Source: Alphaproteobacteria bacterium
GTDB taxonomy: Bacteria; Pseudomonadota; Alphaproteobacteria; SP197
Direction: 5' to 3'
NCBI GenBank assembly: GCA_964291415.2
Contig: OZ219918.1
Location: 672,001 to 736,000, forward strand
Length of the DNA: 64,000 bases
In this document: positions 27,559 through 38,509 of the stretch, one piece after another
How the letters are laid out: the number at the start of each line of letters is the position of its first letter
How positions within the stretch are numbered: the first letter of the stretch is position 1
The notes under the pieces: generated by a model
The model's database searches: none
Told to the model about the DNA's origin: nothing
Seen by the model: the letters and a program-made list of their open reading frames with translations, nothing else
Position numbers and translations under genes: made by a program

Positions 27559-28797
27559 TTACGGGCCCAGGAGATCGTCGTCCCAGGGGAAGGGTGAGAG
27601 GAGGTCGTAGCCATGGCGGGTCACGACGACCTGCTGCTCGAGCTTGACGCCCTCTCCGCCGTGCTCGGAGCCGATGAAACTCTCGATGCACAGCACCATG
27701 TTCTCCTCCAGTTCGCCGTCGGTGCCCTGGGTTTCCCAGTCGACGGGCCAGGGAATGGCCGGCCACTCGTCGCCCATGCCGATGCCGTGGGCCATGAACG
27801 GGTAGCGATGCTTGAGGAACTCTTCGGGGTAGGGCCAGCAGCCCTTCGAGAAGGCCTCGAAGGAGACACCGGCCCTCACCAGCTCGAGGTTGTGCTCGAT
27901 TATGTCGACGGCAAGACGGTAGAGACGGCGTTGCGCGGGTGTCGGCGACGCCGGACCGCAGAGCAAGGTCCGGGACACGTCGGCGCTGTAGCCCAACGGG
28001 CCGATCATCCCGCAGTCGAACGCCACCAGGTCGCCGGCCTCGATCGCCCGGTTCGACGCCTCCTGTTCCCAGGGATTGATGCGCGGTCCCGAAGCGAGGA
28101 GCCGGTATTCCAGCCACTCGCCGCCAAACGATGAATTGGTCTGCTGCAGGATCGACCAGGCCTCGTGTTCCGTCATGCCCGGGCTCAAGGCCTCGCGGAG
28201 CCGTTCCATGGCGATCCCGGCGATCGTGCAAGCGTTGGCCAGACAGCGGATCTCGTCGTCGTTCTTGATCAGTGTTGCCCGTTCCACGAGACGGTCGGCG
28301 GAGACCACCTCGAGACCCCGGGCGACGAGGGCATGCACGAGAATCGGATCGGCGATGTCGAGGGCAAGCCTCCTGCCGCCCTGGGCGTGCGCCAGATCCG
28401 CGACCTCGCCGGCGAACGACGCGGCCATGCCGGCGCTGCGTTCGCCGGCAGGGAAGTAGGCGAACACCGGCATCGGTCTCAGTTCACCGGTGGTCTCCGG
28501 AGACTCGTGGGGATCGTCGGGATGAATCGAGTCGAAGACGGTGTTGAGGCCGCTTGCCGGAACGAAGGCGGCGCTCGACGGCTTGTGGGCGTTGAAGATG
28601 GCCGAGCGCAGCATTCCCGTGGCATAGCGCTTGTTGTGGACGCCCAGGAGAAGCAGGCCGCAACAGACCTCGTCGACGATGGCCTTCTGCAGCCTCGCCA
28701 GGCGATAGCGCAGCATGCGTCCGACATCGATGACGGTCCCGGCCTCCTCGGGCGAGAAGACCGCAGCGGCCGGTGTCGGGAGGGTTGCGGTGTTCAT
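27559..28797 (-). CDS. M24-family protein, DddP (DMSP lyase)-like
   Basis: YRLARL, GGEWLEYRLLASGPRINPWEQE, GYSADVSRT, HGIGMGDEWP, CIESFIG, GVKLEQQ. Confidence 0.8.
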   Translation of the reverse strand: MNTATLPTPAAAVFSPEEAGTVIDVGRMLRYRLARLQKAIVDEVCCGLLLLGVHNKRYATGMLRSAIFNAHKPSSAAFVPASGLNTVFDSIHPDDPHESPETTGELRPMPVFAYFPAGERSAGMAASFAGEVADLAHAQGGRRLALDIADPILVHALVARGLEVVSADRLVERATLIKNDDEIRCLANACTIAGIAMERLREALSPGMTEHEAWSILQQTNSSFGGEWLEYRLLASGPRINPWEQEASNRAIEAGDLVAFDCGMIGPLGYSADVSRTLLCGPASPTPAQRRLYRLAVDIIEHNLELVRAGVSFEAFSKGCWPYPEEFLKHRYPFMAHGIGMGDEWPAIPWPVDWETQGTDGELEENMVLCIESFIGSEHGGEGVKLEQQVVVTRHGYDLLSPFPWDDDLLGP

Positions 28798-28858
28798 GAG
28801 GCGCCACTATTGACCGGCGTTGTCACGCCGCAAGTTTTTTTCTACGGTCGCCCCGTCC

Positions 28859-28935
<77 letters not shown>

Positions 28936-29013
28936 TTCTTTTGAGTTCGAGACCGTGCGCCGCGCTTTTCGATGGGCGCCTCGCGGAACCCGGCACACAT
29001 GAAGGAAGCAACC

Positions 29014-30234
29014 ATGGTTCAATCACCGGACATGCCGCGGCTTGCCGCCTGGCACATCGGCGACAAGGTCTACCGCCCGTTCTCCGATGCCGAGATGACG
29101 CGCCGCCAGGACGCCGTGAGGGACTGGATGGCGGAGCATGATGTCGATGCTGCGCTCTTCACCTCGTACCACTGCATCAACTACTACTCGGGATGGCTCT
29201 ACTGCGGTTTCGGACGCCGTTTCGGCATGGTCATCACCGCCGATTCGGCCACGACGATCTCGACCGGAACCGATGGCGGGCAGTCCTGGCGCCGCAGCTT
29301 CGCTGACAACATCGCCTACACCGACTGGCGCCGCGGCAACTACTTCGAGGCCGTGAAGAGCCTCACGAAGGGCGTGCGCCGCCTCGGGATCGAGTTCGAT
29401 CACATGAACCTCGAATTCAGGCGCGAACTGGAAGAGGCCGTGCCCGGCGTCACCTTCGTCGATGTCGCCCGGCCATCGATGTGGATGCGCACCATCAAGT
29501 CCCCGGAAGAGATTTCGCTCATCAGGGAGGGCGCCCGCACGGCCGACATCGGCGGCGAGGCCTGCATCGCGGCGGTGGCCGCCGGTGTGCCCGAGCACGA
29601 AGTGGCGATCGCGGTCACCGATGCGATGATCCGCGAGATTGCCGGCAACCACCCCTACGTCGAGCCGATGGAGACCTGGGCCTGGCTCCAGTCCGGCATC
29701 AACACCGACGGCGCTCACAATCCGGTCACCAACCGCGTCATCGAGTCGGGGGACATTCTCAGCCTGAACGCGTTCCCGATGATCTTCGGGTACTACGCGG
29801 CCCTCGAAAGAACCCTGTTCTGCGACCATGCCGGCGACGCCCATCTCGACCTTTGGGAAAAGAACGTCGCGGTGCACAGGCGCGGCATCGAGCTTGTCCG
29901 TCCGGGAGCCAGGTGCCACGAGATTGCCGCGGAGCTGAACGAGCTCTACCGGTCCTGGGACCTCCTGCAGTACCGCTGCTTCGGCTACGGCCACTCCTTC
30001 GGCGTGCTGAGCCACTACTACGGACGCGAGGCCGGCGTCGAACTGCGCGAGGATGTCGACACCGAGCTCAAACCGGGCATGGTGGTCTCCATGGAGCCGA
30101 TGATCATGATCCCGCCGGGCCTGCCCGGGGCGGGAGGCTACCGCGAGCACGACATCCTGGTGATCCACGAGGACGGAGCGGAGAACATCACGCGCTTTCC
30201 GTTCGGCCCCGAACACAACATCATCCGGAACTGA
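29014..30234 (+). CDS. Creatinase (creatine amidinohydrolase)
   Basis: FTSYHCINYYSG, QSGINTDGAHNPVT, ALERTLF, FGYGHSFGVLSHYYGREAG, GGYREHDIL. Confidence 0.92.
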   Translation: MVQSPDMPRLAAWHIGDKVYRPFSDAEMTRRQDAVRDWMAEHDVDAALFTSYHCINYYSGWLYCGFGRRFGMVITADSATTISTGTDGGQSWRRSFADNIAYTDWRRGNYFEAVKSLTKGVRRLGIEFDHMNLEFRRELEEAVPGVTFVDVARPSMWMRTIKSPEEISLIREGARTADIGGEACIAAVAAGVPEHEVAIAVTDAMIREIAGNHPYVEPMETWAWLQSGINTDGAHNPVTNRVIESGDILSLNAFPMIFGYYAALERTLFCDHAGDAHLDLWEKNVAVHRRGIELVRPGARCHEIAAELNELYRSWDLLQYRCFGYGHSFGVLSHYYGREAGVELREDVDTELKPGMVVSMEPMIMIPPGLPGAGGYREHDILVIHEDGAENITRFPFGPEHNIIRN

Positions 30235-30250
30235 AGGACTGCCCGACATC

Positions 30251-31492
30251 ATGGACTACCGCGACGAGGTGTATTTCGAGGCCCAGCCGGAACGCGAGGT
30301 TGCGTTCACCCAGGAAGAGTTCGACGCCCGCCTGGCGCGGATTCGCGAAGCCATGGCCAGGGCGGGGATCGACTGCCTGTTCCTGTCGTCTCCGGAGAGC
30401 ATGTACTACGTCTCCGGCTACGTCTGCATGTGGTATCACACGGAAAGCCCCATCGAATGGAGCGCGACCAACGGCATCGCCGTTCATGTCGACCATGACC
30501 GCTTCATCCATTTCGAGACCGAACGCGAGGCCGTCCTGACACGGACCTTCACGGTCTCGAGGGACACCCGCTACTTTCCCAAGTCGAGCTACCGCGACGG
30601 CACGGCGTTCATCGCCTCGGAACTGAAGGCTGAGGGCTGGCTCAAGGGCTCCGTCGGCCTGGAGATGCACGCCATGCGCCCCAACCGGGCGGTGAGCGAC
30701 CGTTTCCAGGCGGCGTTCGAGGCAGCCGGCGCGACGGTGGTCGACGGCAGCCGCATCCTGAGGGAGGTGCGCTGGGTCAAGTCTCCCGCCGAGATGGCCT
30801 GCCTGAAGGAGGGCTGCCGCATCGCCGCCGCCGGTCTGATGAGGGCGCGCGACGTGCTGCGTCCGGGAGTGACCGAACTCGAGGTGCAGGGAGAGGTGAT
30901 CAGCGCCCTCGCGAAGGCGGGTGGCGAACTCCAGTCGATGATGATGCCGGTGCTGTCGGGAAAGAAGTCCAACGCGGCCCACGCCATCGCCACGCGCCGC
31001 CGGATGCAGGCCGGCGAGACGGTGACCATCGACGTGGCCGGCGTCTGCAAGCGCTACCACATCAACTGCGCGCGCACCTTCAGCCTTGGCGAGCCGCAGT
31101 CGGACGTCAAGGACGTGGCCGACCGTTCGGCTGCCGTCATGGACGTGGTGCGCGCGTGCCTGAGGCCCGGGCTGCCCGTGCGCGAGCTCAACGAGAAGGT
31201 CAAGGCCCACTACGATGCCGAGGGGCTGTGGACGAGCCGCGGCTGGATCGGCGGCTACGAGATGGGTATCGGCTTCCTGTCGGACTGGGTCGGGAACTTC
31301 GTCTACGACCCGCTCTCGGAGAAGAACGCCGATCGCGTCTTCGAGCCCGGTACGGCGGTCAACCACGAGATCCAGATCTTCCTGCCCCGCCATGTCGGAC
31401 AGTTCTTCATGATCGAATGCCTGCTTTTCGAGGAGGACCAGGCGTTCATGGCGACGCCGGAGGTTCCCTATTCGCTGATCGTCGTCGAGTAG
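30251..31492 (+). CDS. M24-fold hydrolase with non-canonical active site
   Basis: EEFDARLARIR, PESMYYVSGY, VKSPAE, RYHINCART, GYEMGIGF. Confidence 0.8.
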   Translation: MDYRDEVYFEAQPEREVAFTQEEFDARLARIREAMARAGIDCLFLSSPESMYYVSGYVCMWYHTESPIEWSATNGIAVHVDHDRFIHFETEREAVLTRTFTVSRDTRYFPKSSYRDGTAFIASELKAEGWLKGSVGLEMHAMRPNRAVSDRFQAAFEAAGATVVDGSRILREVRWVKSPAEMACLKEGCRIAAAGLMRARDVLRPGVTELEVQGEVISALAKAGGELQSMMMPVLSGKKSNAAHAIATRRRMQAGETVTIDVAGVCKRYHINCARTFSLGEPQSDVKDVADRSAAVMDVVRACLRPGLPVRELNEKVKAHYDAEGLWTSRGWIGGYEMGIGFLSDWVGNFVYDPLSEKNADRVFEPGTAVNHEIQIFLPRHVGQFFMIECLLFEEDQAFMATPEVPYSLIVVE

Positions 31493-31501
31493 CAGGGCGG
31501 A

Positions 31502-32713
31502 ATGGCGACCTGGATCAGGGGCGGCAGGCTCTACGACGTCTCGGGCGGCGGCTGGCGCGACGGCGACCTTCGGGTGGTCGACGGACGAATCGCCGCTTCC
31601 GGCGGCCGCCCCTCAGGCGATGACGTGGTGGTCGATGTCGAGGGCGCCTTCCTCATGCCCGGGTTCATCGACTGCCACGTCCATCTCTGCCTGCCGACCG
31701 AAGACGGCAATCCGGACAATCCCTGGGGCGGCAGGTTGCCGGGCGAGATCGCGATCCACGCGGCCCAGGCGGCGGAGCGCACCCTCATGGGCGGCGTGAC
31801 CACGGCGCGCGATGTCGGCGGCTGGGACTACCACGAGATCGCCGTGCGCAACCTCGTCAATCGGGGCAGGCTCCGTGGTCCCCGGCTGTTCTGCGCCGGC
31901 CGGCTGCTCTCCGTCACCACATCGACGACGGCCTGGTACGCGGGCATGTACGCGACCGCCGACGGTCCCGACGAGGTCCGCGCCGCGGCGCGCCGGCAAC
32001 TCGCCATGGGGGCGGACCTCATCAAGGTGATGGCAACGGGCGCGCTCACCAGCACCGAGTACGAGGACGCCCGGGCAATCCAGTACCAGCTCGACGAGCT
32101 GAAGGCCGCGGTGGCCATCGCCTCCGAGAACTTCAGGCACTGCGCCGCCCATGCGCACGCCTGCGAGGGCATCCGCAACGCCGCCCTTGCCGGCTGCCGC
32201 AGCGTCGAGCACGGCAGTTTCGGCGACGAGGATGCCTACGCGCTGATGGCGGAGCGGGGCACGTTCCTCGTGCCGACGCTGTGCGTTCACTCGGCGCTCC
32301 TTGCCGACAATCGCGCCTCGGGCAATCTCCTCCCCCATGTCCACAGGCGCTACGTCGAGACCGAGGAGATCCACCTTGCCAACACGAGGCTTGCCCATCG
32401 CGTCGGCGTGAGGATCGCCATGGGCACCGATGCCGGCACCCCGGGCAACCACCACGGCGACAACACGCAGGAAATCGTGCGCATGGTGACGGGCGCCGGC
32501 ATGTCGCCCGAGGAGTCGATCGCCGCCGCAACGCTCGGCGGGGCGAGTCTGCTCGGCCGGGAGGCCGATCTCGGCTCGCTCGAGGAGGGGAGGTTCGCCG
32601 ATGTCACCGGCTTTGCCGACGATCCGGTCCGGGACATCCACGTCGTTCGCGACGTGCGCCTCGTCGTCAAGGAGGGCGAGGTGATGCGGAACGATCTGGG
32701 CCGAGGTCAGTAG
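31502..32713 (+). CDS. Metal-dependent amidohydrolase
   Basis: MPGFIDCHVH, IKVMATG, AHAH, SVEHG, MGTDAG. Confidence 0.9.
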   Translation: MATWIRGGRLYDVSGGGWRDGDLRVVDGRIAASGGRPSGDDVVVDVEGAFLMPGFIDCHVHLCLPTEDGNPDNPWGGRLPGEIAIHAAQAAERTLMGGVTTARDVGGWDYHEIAVRNLVNRGRLRGPRLFCAGRLLSVTTSTTAWYAGMYATADGPDEVRAAARRQLAMGADLIKVMATGALTSTEYEDARAIQYQLDELKAAVAIASENFRHCAAHAHACEGIRNAALAGCRSVEHGSFGDEDAYALMAERGTFLVPTLCVHSALLADNRASGNLLPHVHRRYVETEEIHLANTRLAHRVGVRIAMGTDAGTPGNHHGDNTQEIVRMVTGAGMSPEESIAAATLGGASLLGREADLGSLEEGRFADVTGFADDPVRDIHVVRDVRLVVKEGEVMRNDLGRGQ

Positions 32714-34296
32714 CCCAGGGCGATGCCGTCCTTGCGCGGCTCGCTGCCGCCGGCAAGCGTTCCCTTCTCCCAGTCGATCCAGATCGCCTGGCCCCCGCCG
32801 AACGGTTCCGGCGTGATGCCGAGCGGGTGACCGCGGTTGGCGAGATCGTGCATGACGTGGCCGGGAATGGCCGGCTCCATCATCGCGACGCCGTCCTGAT
32901 AGCAGAAACGCGGCAGATCGAGCGCCTCCTGGGGAGACATGCCGTAGTGCAGCATGTTCTGGAGAACGTGGGTGTGGCCCCAGGGCTGGTAGTCGCCGCC
33001 CATGACGCCGAAGGGCATGATGGCTCTTTCGTCCTTCGTCAGCATTGCCGGAATAATGGTGTGCATGGGACGCTTGCCCGGCGCAATGGCGTTGCGGTGA
33101 CCCGGTTCCAGCACGAACCCGCAGCCCCGGTTCTGCAGGGTCACACCGGACTTCGGTGCGACCCTGGACGAACCGAACGCGAAGTAGAGAGAGTTGATGA
33201 AACTTGCCGCGTTGCGGTCGCGGTCGACCACCGCAAGATACACCGTCGAGGGCGTTGCCGGCAGTTCCGCGGGCGGGAGGTCGACCATGGCCCGCGCGGG
33301 ATCGATCTGCGAGCGCAGCAGGTCGGTGTAGGAAGGCGAAAGAAGCGTGTCGACGGGAACGTCGGCCATGGCCGGGTCGGCGACATAGAGCGCCCGGTCG
33401 CGAAAGGCGAGACGCCCCGCCTCCAGGGCAAGGTGGATGCGGTCCGCCGAGAGCGGATCGCTGCCGGTGCCGTCGCAGCCCTCGAGGATGTTCATCATGA
33501 TGAGCGCCACGATTCCCTGGCCGTTGGGCGGGCATTCGTGAACCGTGTACCCGGCGATATCGCTGCAGATCGGCTCGACATATTCCCCGGCTGCACCGGT
33601 GAGGTCCTCGATTGAGTGCAGACCGCCCAGCTCCCCGAGGCGTCGGACGATGTCCTCGGCGACCCAGCCTTCGTAGAAGCCGGCGCGCCCGCAGGCGGCG
33701 ATTTCCCGCAGTGTGGCGGCGAGCAGGGGCTGGGTGTGGATGGCCCCCGGTTCGGGGGCGTCGCCGTCCACCAGGAGGACTCTGGCGGCATGGGCATCGG
33801 CGGCAAGGCGCGGGCGCGACGCGCGCCAGGCCTCGTGAATCACCGGCTGAATGACGTAGCCTTCCTCGGCAAGGCGGATCGCCGGCTGCAGGACCTCGCC
33901 GATTCCCATGGAACCGTGATCGTCGATCAGCCGGCACCAGGCATCGACGCAGCCGGGAACGGTGACGGCGTGCGCGCTGTCGGCGGCGATGCGGGAGATG
34001 TTCCGATCGAGGTACCAGGAAAGGTCCGCCTTCCGGGGAGCCCGGCCCGAACCGTTGTAGGCGACGATGCGTGACGACCCTTCAGGGGCGTAGAGGCAAA
34101 AGACGTCCCCGCCGATCCCGGTCGACATGGGCTCCACCACGGCCAGCACCGCTGCCGCCGCCACGGCGGCGTCCATCGCGTTGCCCCCGTTTTTCAGGAT
34201 ATCGACCGCCGCCCGGGTGGCATCCCTGTTCGACGTCGCCGCCATGCCGTGCTCGGCATGGGTGGTCGTGCGGGGTGGTGAGGCAAATCCGTGCAT
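32707..34296 (-). CDS. ggt: Gamma-glutamyltransferase
   Basis: GGNAMDAA, EPMSTGIGGD, STVYL, INSLY, KRPMHTIIP, GVMGG, EPRKDG. Confidence 0.92.
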   Translation of the reverse strand: MHGFASPPRTTTHAEHGMAATSNRDATRAAVDILKNGGNAMDAAVAAAAVLAVVEPMSTGIGGDVFCLYAPEGSSRIVAYNGSGRAPRKADLSWYLDRNISRIAADSAHAVTVPGCVDAWCRLIDDHGSMGIGEVLQPAIRLAEEGYVIQPVIHEAWRASRPRLAADAHAARVLLVDGDAPEPGAIHTQPLLAATLREIAACGRAGFYEGWVAEDIVRRLGELGGLHSIEDLTGAAGEYVEPICSDIAGYTVHECPPNGQGIVALIMMNILEGCDGTGSDPLSADRIHLALEAGRLAFRDRALYVADPAMADVPVDTLLSPSYTDLLRSQIDPARAMVDLPPAELPATPSTVYLAVVDRDRNAASFINSLYFAFGSSRVAPKSGVTLQNRGCGFVLEPGHRNAIAPGKRPMHTIIPAMLTKDERAIMPFGVMGGDYQPWGHTHVLQNMLHYGMSPQEALDLPRFCYQDGVAMMEPAIPGHVMHDLANRGHPLGITPEPFGGGQAIWIDWEKGTLAGGSEPRKDGIALGY

Positions 34297-34321
34297 CGTT
34301 CGTGCTGTCCTTCCCTTGGGC

Positions 34322-34807
34322 CTACCGCTTTCGCGGATGGCCGATGGCGCGGCCGGCGTTGACGTGACGGTCGATGGCGCCGTGCGCGAGCACCGTTTCC
34401 TGAAGCCGCGTGCGGGCCCGGGGGACGAACTCCATCATCGCACGGGTGTTGAGGTTGAAGCCGAGCGCCATCACCTCGTTGGTTGCCGCAAGATAGCCCT
34501 CTTCGGCGTGGCTGAGGCTGTGGAAGATGTGAAATCGCTTGGCATCGGCAGCCAGCGCCTGGGTGGTGACGACCACCGGGGCATGGACCCTGAGTTCGTC
34601 GAGGTAGTTCACATGGGTCTCGACCACGGCGTATTCGGCGCCGCCCCGTTCCTCGATGGTCACGGGCTCGTTCATCCGGTCCCAGAACGCCGCCGTCGCG
34701 TAGTCGCAGATCAGCACGTAGTAGGCCATGTTGAGGTGTCCGTACTCGTCGATCCACTCGGGCTTGACGACGGCGTTGAGACGGAATGGCCGCGAATCGC
34801 TGGTCAA
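34322..34807 (-). CDS. Hotdog-fold thioesterase
   Basis: EWIDEYGHLNMAYY, VETHVNYLDE. Confidence 0.85.
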   Translation of the reverse strand: MTSDSRPFRLNAVVKPEWIDEYGHLNMAYYVLICDYATAAFWDRMNEPVTIEERGGAEYAVVETHVNYLDELRVHAPVVVTTQALAADAKRFHIFHSLSHAEEGYLAATNEVMALGFNLNTRAMMEFVPRARTRLQETVLAHGAIDRHVNAGRAIGHPRKR

Positions 34808-34907
34808 GAAACGTCACCCCTGCTTCGTTGCGATTGACGTTCTAGCTTTACGCCGGGGCTGCCGCAACGGCATGATCCACCCTGCGGCATGTCAGGGAGA
34901 GCGGCTG

Positions 34908-36062
34908 ATGCCCCGGCTTCACTTTGGCGAGGAGGAACTGGCCCGGCGCCGGCAAAAGACCTGCGAACGCCTGCAGGAACTCGGGCTCGACGCCCTGCTC
35001 ATGTTCCGCCAGGAGAGCATGTACTACCTGACCGGGTACGACACGGCCGGGTATGCCATGTTCCAGTGTCTGGTGTTGCGCGCCGACGGCGATCTCGTGC
35101 TCGTCACGAGATCGGCCGACCGGGAGCAGGCGGCCTTTACCTCGATGATCCCGGATGTGCGCATCTGGGTCGATCGCGGCGGCGCCAATCCGGCCGACGA
35201 CGTGCTGGCCGTGCTCGAGGAAAAGGGACTTCGCGGCGGCCGGTTCGGTGTCGAACTCAATGCCTGGGGTCTGACCGGCCAGCACTGGGTCATGATGGAG
35301 AAGGCGCTCGGCGGTTTCGGCGCCTGGGAGGATGCCAGCGATCTCGTTCAGGCCTTTCGCCTGATCAAGAGTCCGGCGGAGCAGGACCATGTCAGGAAGG
35401 CGGGCGTTCTTGCCGACGCCGGACTGGAGGCGCTGCACCGGACCATCGCCGCCGGAGTCGACGAGAGCGCGCTCTACGCCGCCCTGGAACGGGCCATCCT
35501 GGAGGGCGGAGGCGACTATGCGGCGGGCCGTCCGATCATCGCCTCGGGCGACGGCGCGCTGCTCGTGCGCTACTTCACCGGCCGGGACACCATCGGCGAT
35601 CAAGACCAGGTGCAGCTCGAGTTCGCTGCCGCCTGGAGGCACTACCACGTGGCCATCATGAGAACGGTCCTGACCGGGCGCGCCGGCGACCGTCACAGGA
35701 TGATGCACGATGCCTGCGTCGAGGCCCTTGCCGCCTGCCAGGCGACCGCGAGACCGGGCGCTGAGTTCGGCGACATCTACGATGCCCACGCCCGGGTCAT
35801 GGATTCGCACGGGCTGGAGGACTGCAGGCTGAATGCCTGCGGCTACTCGCTCTCCGCCAACTATCCCCCGTCCTGGATGGAGGAGCCGATGATCTACCAT
35901 GGCAATCGGGCTAGAGTGAGGCCGGGCATGGTCATCTTCATGCACATGATCGTCGTGGACAGCGCCCGCCACCTGACCATGAGTCTGGGCGAGACCGGCA
36001 TCGTTCATGACGACCGCTTCGAGCCGGTGTCCTCGATGCCCCATGACCTGGTCGTGAGATAG
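34908..36062 (+). CDS. M24-fold hydrolase, ectoine hydrolase-like
   Basis: QESMYYLTGYD, LIKSPAE, LEFAAAWRHYH, CGYSLSANYPPSWME. Confidence 0.8.
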   Translation: MPRLHFGEEELARRRQKTCERLQELGLDALLMFRQESMYYLTGYDTAGYAMFQCLVLRADGDLVLVTRSADREQAAFTSMIPDVRIWVDRGGANPADDVLAVLEEKGLRGGRFGVELNAWGLTGQHWVMMEKALGGFGAWEDASDLVQAFRLIKSPAEQDHVRKAGVLADAGLEALHRTIAAGVDESALYAALERAILEGGGDYAAGRPIIASGDGALLVRYFTGRDTIGDQDQVQLEFAAAWRHYHVAIMRTVLTGRAGDRHRMMHDACVEALAACQATARPGAEFGDIYDAHARVMDSHGLEDCRLNACGYSLSANYPPSWMEEPMIYHGNRARVRPGMVIFMHMIVVDSARHLTMSLGETGIVHDDRFEPVSSMPHDLVVR

Positions 36063-36074
36063 GAGAAAGCAACC

Positions 36075-36917
36075 ATGGCTGCCCATCCCCGGAGGTTGCC
36101 GACGGACGAGGAACGCGAGCGGTTTCGCACCGACGGCGCTGTGGCCCTGAAGGGCGTCTACCAGGAGGACTGGGTCGACCTGCTGCGCCAGGGCGTGGAG
36201 CGGGCCATGCAGACAAGGGGGCCCTACACCAGGCGCATCCAGGATGCAGGCGATCCCGCCTTCTTCACCGACTACGTGGCGTCGGACCGTGTGCCGGAGC
36301 TTCGCCGGTTCGCCCTCGAGGGGCCGGCCGCGGAACTCTCGGCCATCCTCATGAAGTCGCGGCGTGCCAACTTCCTGTTCGACGGGATCTTCGTCAAGGA
36401 GCCGGGCGCCACCAAGAAGAGCACCTGGCACCAGGACCAGCCCTACTACTGCGTGGCCGGCCGCCAGATCGTCGTCCTGTGGGCGCCGCTCGATCCGGTG
36501 CCGGCCGACGTGTGCCTGAACTGCGTGAAGGGATCGCACCTGTGGGGGACGGCCTTCCGTCCCGTGCGGTTTCGCGACGGCGCCGACTTCGGCCGTGGCC
36601 GGGATGATGGTTATCACGATCCTCCCGACGTCGACGGCCCCCATGCGGAGAGGATTCTCGCCTGGGATCTCGAACCCGGGGATGTCATCGCGTTCCACGG
36701 CATGACGATCCATGGCGCGCCAGGCAACGCACAGGCCTCGCGGCGCCGCCGGGCAACGAACTCGACGTGGGTCGGCGACGATGCGGTCTATGTCCGCCAT
36801 CCCGGAGTCATGGAGCCCGACTTTCCCGATTGCGGCCTTGCCCCCGGAGATCCGCTGGACTGCGCCCGGTTCCCCCGCGTCTTCGATGCCGGCCGGGAGC
36901 ACCCTTCGCCGGCCTGA
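36075..36917 (+). CDS. PhyH-family 2-oxoglutarate/Fe(II) dioxygenase
   Basis: TWHQDQPYY, GSHLW, EPGDVIAFH...IHGA, RRRA. Confidence 0.9.
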   Translation: MAAHPRRLPTDEERERFRTDGAVALKGVYQEDWVDLLRQGVERAMQTRGPYTRRIQDAGDPAFFTDYVASDRVPELRRFALEGPAAELSAILMKSRRANFLFDGIFVKEPGATKKSTWHQDQPYYCVAGRQIVVLWAPLDPVPADVCLNCVKGSHLWGTAFRPVRFRDGADFGRGRDDGYHDPPDVDGPHAERILAWDLEPGDVIAFHGMTIHGAPGNAQASRRRRATNSTWVGDDAVYVRHPGVMEPDFPDCGLAPGDPLDCARFPRVFDAGREHPSPA

Positions 36918-36940
36918 GGGCCACGGCCCGCTTTCTCGCC

Positions 36941-37780
36941 ATGGGACATATCGTCTGGATTGCCAGCTACCCCAAGTCGGGCAACACGTGGGTGAGGGCC
37001 TTCCTGCACGAGATCCTGCGCCAGGACGGCGGCGCCTTCGATCTCGGCCGGATGGCGCAGACGGCGGGAAACGAGGCATCGATCGACAACTACCGCGCGA
37101 TCGATCCGAGGCCCTGGAGCCTCTGGACCCCAGGTGAGGTGGCGCGGGCCCGGCCGGCCGCGCAGGCCGCCTTCGCCCGGCGCCATCGCCGCGTGGTGTT
37201 CTGCAAGACCCACCTTGCGGTGCTGAGATCCCGGGGCCAAACCACCATCAACATGGATGTCACCGCCGCGGCGATCTACATCGTGCGCAACCCCCTCGAC
37301 ATCGCGCCTTCCTATGCCGATCACCAGGGCGTGCCGCTTGACGTTGCGATCGATCTCATGAACCTCGAGAACCACGAGACTCCCTCCACGTCGAGCCACG
37401 TCTCGGAATTGCTGGGCAGCTGGTCACAGAATGTGGAGACCTGGACACGGCGCTCGCTGCCGGGGCTTCACGTCATGCGCTACGAGGACATGCTGGCCAG
37501 TCCGGTGGCGTCGTTCTCGGACCTTGCGACATTCCTCAAGCTGAAAGTGCCCCGCAGGCGCATCAAGGAGGCGGTCAGGACCACCTCCTTCGGAAATCTG
37601 CGGCGCCAGGAGGACGAGAAGGGATTCGGTGAACGTTCCGCGCCGCAGAAGCGCTTTTTTCGCCAGGGCCGCGCCGGAACATGGCGCACAGCGCTTTCCG
37701 CGGGCCAGGTCAGGGAGATCGCGTCGCGCAACGAGGCGATGATGCGAAAGTTCGACTACTGGAGGGACGTCGGGTCATGA
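36941..37780 (+). CDS. Sulfotransferase domain protein
   Basis: WIASYPKSGNTW, KTH, VRNPLD, RYED, FFRQG. Confidence 0.92.
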   Translation: MGHIVWIASYPKSGNTWVRAFLHEILRQDGGAFDLGRMAQTAGNEASIDNYRAIDPRPWSLWTPGEVARARPAAQAAFARRHRRVVFCKTHLAVLRSRGQTTINMDVTAAAIYIVRNPLDIAPSYADHQGVPLDVAIDLMNLENHETPSTSSHVSELLGSWSQNVETWTRRSLPGLHVMRYEDMLASPVASFSDLATFLKLKVPRRRIKEAVRTTSFGNLRRQEDEKGFGERSAPQKRFFRQGRAGTWRTALSAGQVREIASRNEAMMRKFDYWRDVGS

Positions 37781-38454
37781 GCGCGGTTGACGTGACAGGC
37801 AACCTTGAGGCCGTGCGGGCGGAGATTGTCGCCGCCACCCGCGAGGCCCGCCGCCGGACCGGTTCCGTGACGCTCGTTGCCGTGACCAAGACCCATACCG
37901 CGGAGCGCATCCGCCCCGCCATCGAAGCCGGGCACCGCGTGTTCGGCGAGAACCGGGTTCAGGAGGCGGCAGCGAAGTGGCCGGCCCTGCGCCAGGAGTG
38001 GGACGGTCTCGAACTCCACCTTGTCGGCGCCCTGCAGACCAACAAGGCGGTCGATGCCGTCGCCCTCTTCGACGTGATCGAGAGCGTCGACCGCCCACGG
38101 CTGATCACCGCTCTCGTCAGGGCGATGGACAGAACCGGACGCCGCCCGCGGTGTTTCATCCAGATCAACACCGGCGAGGAGGAGCAGAAGGCCGGCTGCC
38201 TGCCTGGGGATGCCGACGGCCTGATTGCCGGTGCCCGGGAGGCGGGGCTCGATGTCGCCGGGCTGATGTGCATCCCGCCCTTCGACGAGGAGCCGTCGCC
38301 CCACTTTTCCCTGCTCGCCGACATCGCCCGCCGCAACGATCTCACACAACTGTCGATGGGCATGTCCGCGGACTACGTCACGGCGATTGCCCATGGCGCC
38401 ACCCATGTCCGTGTCGGCACGGCCATCTTCGGCAGCCGTGCCGGACGTCCTTGA
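37777..38454 (+). CDS. yggS: PLP homeostasis protein (YggS family)
   Basis: [43 protein letters not shown]. Confidence 0.95.
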   Translation: MSAVDVTGNLEAVRAEIVAATREARRRTGSVTLVAVTKTHTAERIRPAIEAGHRVFGENRVQEAAAKWPALRQEWDGLELHLVGALQTNKAVDAVALFDVIESVDRPRLITALVRAMDRTGRRPRCFIQINTGEEEQKAGCLPGDADGLIAGAREAGLDVAGLMCIPPFDEEPSPHFSLLADIARRNDLTQLSMGMSADYVTAIAHGATHVRVGTAIFGSRAGRP

Positions 38455-38509
38455 CCGCCGGCACCGGGCGCGCCATAAGCACGCGTTCCCCGATCTGGAG
38501 CCATCCCCG

